A stretch of 63,705 bases of DNA, filler included, from Chrysochromulina tobinii (Eukaryota): NCBI GenBank assembly GCA_001275005.1. It is 6 parts of 6 records of this genome, joined end to end, with 100 filler letters (N's around TTAATTAATTAA, not from the genome) between each part and the next. Parts side by side here need not be neighbours in the genome. Positions count along the whole stretch, not along the records: positions 31,873 to 37,072 come from JWZX01001180.1; positions 37,173 to 60,611 come from JWZX01001181.1; 4 more parts are not named here. One strand, given 5' to 3'. The stretch's first letter is position 1. Every line of letters begins with the position of its first letter. The translations under genes were made by a program, and so were the position numbers. The notes beneath the pieces were generated by a model, which saw nothing but the letters and a program-made list of their open reading frames with translations, ran no database searches and was not told the DNA's origin. This document shows positions 31,873 to 42,166 of the stretch, piece after piece.

Positions 31873-34252
31873 GCATTCGCCATCTGGAAGCGGCTCTCGG
31901 CCATGCGCGTGCCGGCGCATCCGCCACCCCGCCCCACGCACCCGCCACCCCCCACGCACCCGCCATCGCCCACGCACCCGCCACCCCCCACGCAGCAGCG
32001 CCGCTGCCAGAGCCGCTGCCCTGCCAAGAGAGCAGCAGCAGCGGCTGTCCCTCGGCAAGGCGCAGTGCCAAAGCGGCCGGCGCATAGACCTGCGGCAGCG
32101 GCTCCGCCAGCGCGGCCATCGCGCTTTGTGACTTGAGCATCCGAAGCGACCCAAGCGTCTTCTGCAGCGCGCCAACAGTGTTGTGCACGTACTCCTTATA
32201 AAGGCTGATGACCTTGGGCTTGTCGCCCTTGCTCGTGAACTTGGACTGGTTGATCCGCTCAATGTCGACATCAACATCCAACTCGCTCGCCTCAACCTCA
32301 ACGGGTGTCGCGTCCACGTCGCTGCCCAGCGCAAAGACCTTGGGCTGCAGCTTATCGAGGTGCTCCCGGAGCGCGGGGTAGGCCGTCAACCGCTTCATGA
32401 GCTCTCGGCTCAACGAGTCTTCGCAGCAGCACCTGCGTGGGAGAGTGGCAGGCGCTTGAGGGATGAGACGGGATCCCACATCACTACCACATCACCTGCA
32501 GAATAGGATGGGCAGCGCTCACCATCCGCGAGATAAGTACGGCGTCTCGTTGTAAAGCGTGTCGAGCCCCTCGCATAGGCCGGGCGGTGCACCCGCGTTC
32601 TTGGCCGCGATGGCAGAGGCGTGCGAGGCAAAGCGCACAATGGGAGGGGTTCGGCCGAGGTCACAGCTCTCGATAGTTCCGAACCTGGTGAGAACCGCGC
32701 GTACCATGTTCTCGTCTACGTTTGCGCTCAACTTGAACAAGCAGACAACGCCATCGAACTCGGCTGGCCGGGGTGGGATCTCCTCGATCTGGAGCACGGT
32801 CGTTGCAAGGATCGACGCATAAAGCTGATTCATCGCCCCACCCTTGAGTGCGATCACGAAGGCTTCCTCCTGCCCCGGGGTCCTTGGATTCTGATAAAGT
32901 GATCCAAAGTCCCAGAACAAGGCTTCAATTCGAATTGCCATCCCCTTCAGAGCGCGTCGAAGCACGCGGATGCGCGAGCCGTCCGGATCCGGATCGCCTG
33001 GACTGAGCCAGCCGTAGGTAAGTGTGCCGATGCTCCGATCTCCACGTTCGACGAGCGCTGCGGCCTCTTGAGGGCTCAGCAGCGGCGACGGCGAGGCCCC
33101 GCTCTCTTCCAACTCCTCGAGCGCCTGCCGATTCGGCATCTTGAAGTTGGCCGGCTGCATCAGTAGCCACTTGACGCATAGCAACCGAATCGCTCCATGC
33201 AGAAGGACTTGTATGACGATTTGGTCGAGCTCTGTGAGCGCCTGACGCAGCTTTGGCGGCAGCGGTGTACCCGGCGTCAGCCCAGATGGAGCTGCCTCCG
33301 GCACGTCAAGGCCGAGACTCACGAGCTTCCTCTTGTGTTGTTCGCCCGCATCGACGAGAAATGCCGACCGCTCCTGCGCCGATGCACCTTCGTATGCAGC
33401 CTTGATGTCCGCGTCTGGGCTCTCGTGGGTCAAAGCAGAGGCACCCGCACCCATGCCACCTCGGATGCGCAAAATCCCCACCAGTCGCTCCCCTGCCGCC
33501 TCTGCCGACGCCGCCTCTTCCTCCGTCGCCGCTCCGGCCGCCGGCAGCACAACGTCCGTCTTCTTCCGCCTACGGTTGGCAGCCCTGGCGATGAGCTTGG
33601 GGATCTTGGTGCACGAGATGATAAAGATGTGCACGGCGGAGGTAACCACGAAGAGCCAGAGGCGAGGATTTGTGAGGAACCAATGCAGAACTATGAGGAT
33701 AGAGAGCGCGCCGTCCTTGTCGCGGTTGAACGCATTGAACGCCAAGAGCTCCTCGATGAATCGAATGGCCGGGTCGATGAAATACCCCACGGTGGCACGC
33801 GGCTTCGCCCACTGGCTTTGCTTCAGGGCACCCATCATGCCATCGAGAGAGCAGTTGCGAGAGATGAGCCCCATCGCAGGCTCACGCGTCCACTGGGTGC
33901 CATGGGCTACGAACTCGGCGGGGAAAGCGACGCCGCTGCTTACCGTGGCTGCTGCCGCAGCAAGCGACGAGTTGTAGGGCGGCGGGGCTGAACAACGGGC
34001 CTGAGTGGCATTTTCGCCGGCCAAGCCGATCACTGGGGTCGAAGCCTTGCCCAGGAGCGGATCGAGTCGAGTTGAGACCGTCAAGAGCGCGAGGAGAGAG
34101 CTGTACGCCATTTGTGCCTTCGAGACGCACGACAAGGGCGTTGGTTGATAGTCGTTGGAGACCATAATCTCAATCTGTGTACCGTTCACGTTCACGTTCA
34201 CGTTAATTTGCCATCTCGGCCAGACGCACAGCCACAGGTCCCGTGGAGACAC
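31873..34252 (-). CDS. HET-domain-like protein with an RRM-like insert (intron 32433-32522; 3' end lost in gap; start uncertain)
   Basis: LTYGWLSPGDPDP, LFWDFGSLYQ, MNQLYAS and PYLSRGW|CCCE match the HET-like pattern S-Y-x-W, W-x-D-x-x-x-x-x-Q, M-x-x-x-Y, R-x-W-x-x-x-E. Confidence 0.65.
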
Positions 34253-34585
34253 AACGTGGGGGGCGCAGAGTATCTGTGTACCGGTATATCAACTGCGAAG
34301 GGGGCAAGGGACGGCGTGCCCCAGCGGGCCAAGAGCACTGGGTTTTCTGCGACGCGTTGATTTTGTCACTTTAGGATTACGCAACCCGCGCCTACAGCTA
34401 CACACATCCGATAGGGCGTGCGCCGCGCCATGGACCCGGGGTCACAGCGTCACACACTGGATCGTCACGACTGCTCCGTGCTCGGTCTCTTGCTCGGAGC
34501 GGAGAGCGGCCGACTCAGAGGCGAGAGATGTGCGCTCTTGAGTCTTTCCCCTATCGGACGGCGCAACGGCGCTTGCGGGGGCGTA

Positions 34586-34663
34586 CCAGTGCCGGCACCG
34601 TACCGCCAGTGCCGGCACCAGCCCCGCCAGTGCAGGCACCAGCCCCGCCAGTGCCGGCACCAG
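34586..34663 (+). repeat. Four-copy tandem repeat of about 21 bp
   Basis: CCAGTGCCGGCACC(AGCCCCG) x4, immediately downstream of the stop at 34675. Confidence 0.85.
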
Positions 34664-34674
34664 TTCCGTAGCGC

Positions 34675-36605
34675 TCAGGGCCACTCATACACCGCGAGCC
34701 CCGTCCACTGTGCCATCTGGCCGAGGTGCCTGAAGGTGTTGTTGAAGTACTTGACGGCGCGCAGCTTGGTGTCCGGACCGAGGGAGAAGGGCTTGCGTAG
34801 CCCAGGCTGGTAGCCGAAGAGGCAAGGGGGGATGGCCAGGTAGCCACGCTCGTTGAACACGTCGGAGAGCGCGCCGTACCGGGCGTCGCCGTAGTCGGCG
34901 GTCACGTTGCACAGGAGCTCGCCTGTGTCGTCATTCCACAGCTCCTCACGTACGCACGAGGGTGCATGGCAGTGCGGCGTGATCACCAGCGGTGTGATCG
35001 TCTTGAAGTGAAGCTTCCCATCCTTTGCCGGCTGCACGCCCGCGCCGTCAATCTGACCGTTCGGGCCGCCGTCGCAGCCCGCGTCGCAGAGTTGATTGGC
35101 GACTAATCGAGCCTCGATGCGCCCGAGGCTCGGGGTGCCGTACGGGTTCGTTCGCTCGTCGTCGTGCGCCTCCTCATAGTCGTTGATCTGCGTCAAGGGG
35201 AGGTCGTCAGAGGTCGTCAGAGGTCATCAGAGCGAACGTCAGAGGTCAAGGTCAGATCGCCTCTGAGATCACCTTGGCAGCCACATTGGCGATCAGAGGG
35301 TTCGATCCGTGGGCACCTCACCTGCGCATCTATGAGAAAGACCCAGTGGTGCAGGAGCTGGTGCGATGCGGATGCAGATGGGGGTTGGGCTGGCCGGTAG
35401 GTCTGGAAGTAGTACCGGAACTTGAGGTAGTAACGGTCGACAAGGTCCTCGCGGAGGTAGGGCTGCTGGGCCTTGTCAGTGAGCAAAAAGGTGTGCTGGC
35501 AGCAGAACGTGCCGCCGTGGTACGTGGTCACATTGCATGCGGCGTTCGGACCGTTTGTGCCGACTCCGTTTCCATGACGAAGCATGTCGCCCCGCGGCTC
35601 GTCATTGCAGTCGTGGTGGTAGTCCACCCTGACGGTGCGATCGTCCTGGGTGTACAGCACGTAGCTCTCACCTGGGTCATCAGAGGTCATCAGAGGTCAT
35701 CAGAGGTCATCAGAGGTCATCAGAGGTCATCAGTGGGTGAACAGCACGTAGCTCTCACCGCTCGTCTCGTTCACATGCTTCGTGATGCGGTCGGTGCAAG
35801 GGCACTCGAGCAGCGGAGACGAGCCCGAGTAGAGCTCGGTCACCGAGCCGTTGCCTGACGCGGCCGGGAGCAGCCACTGCTTGTACCCCACTTGGTCGGT
35901 GAGCTGCGTGCCGTCGCGCGGGTGCGTGTCGATCTGCATGGGCTCGAAGATCCAGGTCGTGGGCTCGTGCAGGAGCTGCGCGTAGCCGCTCGGGTAGCCG
36001 TGGTATGACTTGCGGTACTCGCCGCCCGGGTTCTCCTTGAAGACGATGCTTGACGGTACGCCCTGCGGGTTTGCCTCCACCTCGCGCACGCCCGTCCAGG
36101 ACGGGTTGGGATACTTGCCCGGCCGCTCGAGGTCGTAGACCTCGGCGCCCGAGCCGACTAGCCACGCAAAGTAGTGGTGGTTGTAGGCGTGGTAGGTGGG
36201 CACCGACCGGTCACTCGCGTCGCACGACGGGTAGCATGAGAAGCCGCCCAGCTTGTCGCCCGGAGGCGGCGGGGGTGCGTTGTCGTGCGTGACCTGATCG
36301 ATCTCGTAGCCGGTGATCGCCATGACGCCACCGTTGGCGAAGCGCTTGACAAGCTCCTCGGGCAGCGGGATGGGCGCGTTGCGCGTCCAGTACGTCTGAG
36401 AGTAGATCGTGCGCACCTCGCCGTACATGTCAAAGTGCTCGACCGGGCCAGCGATGTTGGCCTCAAAGTCGGTCGAGTAGGGCGCGGCCGCAGCCGAATC
36501 GGGGTTGGAGATACGGTATGGGACGCCGCCCGCGTTCATAACCTTGGCCGATGCATGATGGAGATAGAGGAGGCTGGGGAGGACAGCCCCGAGTTGCTGC
36601 CGCAT
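34675..36605 (-). CDS. Secreted protein with PHM/DBH/SURNod19-like copper-monooxygenase motifs, 3 exons (introns 35672-35758 and 35188-35321)
   Basis: Signal-like leader, YNHHY, GGEYRKSYHGYP, HCHAPSC and HLGQMAQW. Both introns restore the frame. Confidence 0.7.
35672..35758 (-). other. Decamer-repeat intron beginning with a 25-nt copy of the downstream exon start
   Basis: GTGAGAGCTACGTGCTGT(T/A)CACCCA is duplicated. The filler is (CTGATGACCT)5 followed by CTGATGACCCAG. Confidence 0.9.
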
Positions 36606-36870
36606 GAAGAGTCGCAATGACGGAAGTACCGGTATTGTCGACTTCCTCCCTGCATGTAAGAAGGAGCGTGCTCGCTCCACCAGACATGAGGGTCTCTGTG
36701 GGGATCTTCCTGCTGTGTTTCTCGGTGAAACAACGCGAAGTGAAACGACTTCGTGTGAACGTGGCTTCGCCCGAAACCGACAAGCGACAAGTCGCCTCGG
36801 GCCCGCTCTCGACCTCAATCGAGGCGACTGCTGCCGCGCTGACCATCCGCGCGGGCGAGGCGCGTGCACG

Positions 36871-37072
36871 ATGCCCGTCGTCCACTGCATCGACCAGCGC
36901 AAGGACAAGCGCCAGCTCGTCGACCTGATCTTTCCGGTGCGCACGTCGTCGTCCGCAAACGTGACCGAGCGCTGGCACTGGCCTGAGCTCAGGGCAGCCG
37001 TGAGCGGCATCCAGGGCTTCGGGCTCTTCCCGCGCGAGGGCGGCGCGCTCGACTGGACGTCTCTCAAGCGCC
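36871..37072 (+). CDS. 5' fragment of a gene, possibly SET-domain, truncated by the gap
   Basis: ATG-initiated frame open to the gap. SGIQGFGLF resembles the SET N-terminal GxGL motif. Confidence 0.35.
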
Positions 37073-37172
37073 NNNNNNNNNNNNNNNNNNNNNNNNNNNN
37101 NNNNNNNNNNNNNNNNTTAATTAATTAANNNNNNNNNNNNNNNNNNNNNNNNNNNNNNNNNNNNNNNNNNNN
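37073..37172. other. Artificial contig linker
   Basis: N-run + TTAATTAATTAA + N-run. Confidence 0.97.
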
Positions 37173-37970
37173 CGAAACTCGCGCGGCGGCCGAGCCCACC
37201 GTCATCAGGAGGTATTCATGCTAATCAAGAACTATGAACAACGACTCTGACCATCATAAGGGATGCGAGCCATCGAGCGCGCGCCCGATTCGATTAGGGA
37301 ATTGGGGCGCGGTTACACGCGCCGTGGCGGCCGCAAGCGGGCGCAAGGGCCACACCCAGAGGCAGGGCACACAGTATCACACGACGGCAGAGACCGTCTA
37401 GCGGGCATGATCCGTTCGTTCGTTGGCGACGACAGGGCTTCGCGCGTTTCCGCGTCTTAGTGTTCACAGCGCTATGAACGTTCACTGCAGTAGCATTTGA
37501 TATGTGAAATATGGTCAGGGAACCTCTTTCGAACGTTCGAGGGTTGTTGTAACGTGGGTTGTTTGTTTGTTTTATGTTGCTAGATGGTGTTAAACACTTC
37601 AACACCAGTAGTTGTTGGTCCTTGCTGGCTGCTTTACCCCTATTTCCTCATGATAAAACCTTCTCCTTGAAGCATGGTTGTGGTGTTAATGCAAGACCAC
37701 GCATGCCCAAACGGAAGGAACGAAGGAACAAACGTTCCATGCCTACTAAGACGATGGGTAAGAGGCTGGCTACCCATGCGCCAAATCTCCAAATGGGGTC
37801 TGAGACACCAATCGCAAAGTCGAATGCCTCCTGCCACAGACCCTGTTGGCCCGGCCGCCCTCAATCCCATGCTCGTTGCTCTTTCACGTTCCAACATGTT
37901 TGCACACACTCAAGCCAACGGTCATGAGCGCCCTTCAGATCGTCATTGTCCATGCGCACACAGTTGTTCC

Positions 37971-40900
37971 TCAGAAAAGCAGCTCAAATCCAGCCTTTCC
38001 TTGCAGCGCCTCACGGATCAAGGCCTTCCCTTCCTCTCCAATGAAGTTGCGCGACAGCCTGTATAGGGAGAAACAGGAAGGTTGTTCACACAGGAGGTAT
38101 CCTTCCGTGGCCATCAGCTAGGCACATGGTGCTTACAAATCAAAGTTTGGTAATTGGGCGACAAACTTACTCGATTTTCGTCAGCGCGCCTGTGACAACG
38201 GCCTGTGACAGGTCCGACGCCAGCAGGATCGCATCGGGCGGCTTGAGGTCCTTGTCGCGGAAGTCAGCGGTGGTCTGATCGCGCCGGATGCCGCAGAGCG
38301 AGATGCCCTTCTGCTTGGCAACCTCAGCGAGCATCTTGGCGGACTCCGCATCAAGCTCATTGCCCAGGAGGTTGGCCACCGTCAGCGCGCCTGTGGCGGC
38401 TACCATAGCCGCCACAGCGTTTGCTCCAACTGGGCCGATGCCATTGTCCTTGAAGTTGAGCGACGCGAGCTTGGTCTCCTTGTTACTCTGGATGGCCTTA
38501 CATACTGCGCTTACGTCCTCATCATTGAGGCGGTTAGAGGACAAATTCAGGGCCGTCAGCGTGCCGTTGACGCGCAGAGCGTCGGCCATCGCAGTGATAC
38601 CCTCTGCAGTGAATGCTCCAAACCCGACATGATTGAGGCCGCACATCTGGTTGTCTGAGAGGTCCAGCTGCAATACAAATCAAAGCAAGGCAAGGGTCAG
38701 AACAGGAAAGGGTTAGAACAAGGCTAATCTAGGGAGGTCAGAAAGTAAGCACCTGTGTCAAGGAGCCATTGTCGCTGATCAAGGAGGCGATCAAAACCAA
38801 AGAGGCAGCAAAGAGGTTATTCGTGCGAGAGAGGTCGAGGGTCTCGACGGGGTCGGTGCCCTTGAGCTTCTTGACAGGGAGAGCACACCCGTCCAAGTCC
38901 ACCTATGCATGAGAGACCTCCAGAAGTCAGTGCAAGAGGGAGCACATCTGGGCTGAGGGAGCACAGCTGAGCTCAGCGTACCTTCGTCAGCGCGCCTGCG
39001 ACAACTTCCTGTGACAGGTCCGACGCCAGCAGGATCGCATCGGGCGGCTTGAGGTATTGGTTGGAGAAGTCAGCGGTGGTCTGGTCACGCTGGATGCCGC
39101 AGAGCGAAATACCCTTCTGCTTGGCGACTTCAGCGAGCATCTTGGCGGACTCCGCATCAAGTTGATTGCGCAGGAGGTTGGCCACCGTCAGCCCGCCGTT
39201 AGCAGCGATTGCCGGAGCGAGAGCTACTGCACCCGCTGGGCCGAGCCTGTTGTAACGAAGACTGCATGGCACAAGGGTCGATGTTTCATGTTCAGTCGCT
39301 GCTGCAAAGCCAGGTCAGAAAGGTATGCAAGGGAGTTCGAAATTTCGGCAAACCTACTCAATTTTCGTCAACGCGCCTGTGGCAGCCACCATGGTCGCCA
39401 CCGACTTTGCTCCCACTTGACCAATGCTGTTGCCGGCCATGTTCAGCGACGCGAGCTTGGTCTCCTTGTTGCTCAGGATGGCCTCACAGATTGCACCAAC
39501 TCCCTTATCACCAACGTGGTTGCCATCAATAGACAACTTTGTCAGCGCGCTATTAACGCGAAGCGCATCAGCGATGGCGTTGATGCCCTCCGCGTTGTAA
39601 TTGCCTTTCTGCTTGCACTTGTGCCTGAACGCGTTTAACTCGTCCCAGACACCACAGAGACAATTGTTTGAGAGATTCAACTGCCGAAAAAGACACAGAT
39701 GGGTCAGTAGACAAGGAGTCAAGAGGCTGTGGGCTGACAAGTCTCCCATACCTCCGTCAGCCCGCCATTGACGCGCAGAGCGTAGGCAATCGCTGTGATG
39801 CCCTCTGCATTGTAAGCTCCTTTGCAATTATGATCGATGCCGCACAGCTGATTGTTTGAGAGGTTCAGCTGCAATATCATTCAAAGCAAATGAAAGGGTT
39901 AGAGTAACAGAAAAGGCAACTTTTCGGGGGCAGAATGCGGCACCTGTGTCAGGGCGCCTGTGACGGCTACCATAGCCGCCACAGCGTTTGCTCCACCTGG
40001 ACCGATGCCATTGTACTTCAAGTCGAGCGACGCGAGCTTGGTCTCCTTGTTACTCTGGATGGCCTTGCAGACTGCGCTTACGCCCTCATCATTGAGGCGG
40101 TTAGAGGACAAATTCAGGGCCGTCAGCCCGCCATTGACGAGCAGAGCGTCAGCAATTGCTGTGATCCCCTCTGCAGTGTAAGTTCCACGCCCACAGCGAT
40201 CGAGGCCGCACAGCTGGTTGCTGGAGAGGTCCAGGCTCGTCAGCCCGCCATTGACGCGCAACACGTCGGCGATCGCAGTGATGCCCTCGGCTGTGTAGAT
40301 GCCCTTGCCTTCCCAGTCTAAACCGCAGAGCGTGTTCCAGGAGAGGTTGATGCTAATCAGCCCGCCTGTGACGTTCGTGCTGAGCGCCTCGGCTATCAGC
40401 TTGACACCAGCAGGGCCAATGTTCTCTTCGGACGCGTCCAAAAACACGATCTTGCTGACCTTGTTGCCGCAGATGGCGGCAAAGATGGCACCCCAGCCCT
40501 CGTCCTTGAGCTTGTTGCCCCTGAGCTCGAGGGACGTCAATGCGCCCATGATAGGCACGAGGTGCGCAAGAAGCATGCCGCCCTGAACGCCGAGGTTTCG
40601 CCCACGCAGGTCGAGCTCAGAGACGGAGTCATTGCGCATCATCTGCACTGGAATGCCGCGAACCTCACAAGAGCCGGCACAGGCGACAGCTGCAAGCATG
40701 AGCTCGAGCGGCGGCTCACCATTGCCCTCGATGCAGCTGAGGAGAGCGGCTTTGGCACGGCCTCCAAGGAACTCTCTTTCTTGACTGGGCGTCTCCAGAT
40801 CCACCTTGCGGACCGCGGCCACACTCACCTCGAAGCCCTCCCAGCGCAGTCGGGCCAGGCTGGGCAGCATCCTCCCCGCCGCCGCCGCCTCCCATGGCCG

Positions 40901-41620
40901 ACCCGCGTCGACGAGGATCTTAATGTTGAGATCGGTGATCTCAGCCATCTGAGTCGGCGCGGGCTGACCCTCGCAGCGGCTGAGGCGGGAGCAGAGCACG
41001 CGCCGTGCGAGCGCTAACCACAATTGGCTCACACCCTTGAGCTCGGCCAGCGTGCCCAAGTCGACCATGCCCAGCGCCACCTCCTTGGCATCGTCTGTGA
41101 CTGCCATCCCCGACAGCGAGGGCTGCGGCTGCAGCGCGGGTGGCCCCGCTACAGAGCCCGCCGTGGCTACTGATAGCTGTCCCCCGGCGTTCCCCCCCGG
41201 CGAGAACGCCGGCTCGGCGAGTGCCGCCTCGCGATTCTCCGCACTGCCAAAGTCATCCGTTGCGCCGAGCAACTCTCTCAGTTCATCGGCACGTTTGCCG
41301 TTGAGGCGTGTGGCGAGGGCGCACTGCGCATGATTGAGCGCCCCGGGGGCGTCGAGGAAGCTGGCGCCCTCGACGAGCCTGAAGAGCTTCGAGATCGAGC
41401 ACTGCTCGAGCCTCGCCGGCATGGAGTCGGCCTCGCACATCTCCCGGAGCACTGCCAGCTCTGCCGCCGCAATCATCGGCACCGGGTAGACGCCATCTTC
41501 GGTTGGAGCGTCGTCCATCATGTCTTTGAGCGTGCCTGCTCGATGGGCCGCCCGGCGCGTCCACTCGACAGCCTCGCCCTCGCGCGCCCGCAAGCGCACG
41601 TGCTCCTGGCCGTCAGACAT
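37971..41620 (-). CDS. Skp1-like + F-box-like + RNI-type (NLRC3-like) leucine-rich-repeat protein, about 7 exons
   Basis: Approximate exons are 41620-39943, 39870-39753, 39680-39358, 39260-38982, 38902-38753, 38668-38171 and 38058-37971, with GT-AG boundaries. LTxLxLxxNxL repeats throughout. Last exon reads LSRNFIGEEGKALIREALQGKAGFELLF*. Confidence 0.8.
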
Positions 41621-42166
41621 TGATAGCGGTCAGCGAGCGTATAGTAGAAAGCGAACACATCGCTCGGTTTTGTAACGAAGACGCGTCGGAGAGGAGAGGA
41701 GAGTCCGCAGAGGAGAAGTCCGTAGAAATTGTAAAAAGGGCAGTCCAGACTCTGATCCAACCTGCAAGATCAGAGTTTTCTCTATCCATAAGGACTCAAA
41801 CTTCGCGCTCCTCAGCTTGACTTCGCTTGGCTTGGACTGTGCCGATACATTCCGCATTAGTGACCATGATTAGAGACGTATCCGGGATTTGCCCCACCCC
41901 GATACGTCACTCTGCATTCGTTTCCCCCCACACCGACCCTTCACGCTTCGGATCGACGCCCCGCTTCTCCCTTTCTCCTCAGGCAAAGTACACGGAAACG
42001 CGGGCTTACTGCTTGGCGGAGGGCGAGCGGATTGCGAGCGTCTCGAGGCCAAATATGTGTATGAAGGGCTTCCCGCCGGCCATGCCGTGTTGGGGTCAGT
42101 GTTTCCTGCCTCTCAGTGCCCGGCCAGCACAAGGTAGGCCACCAACACGGCAAGGCCGGCGAGAAG

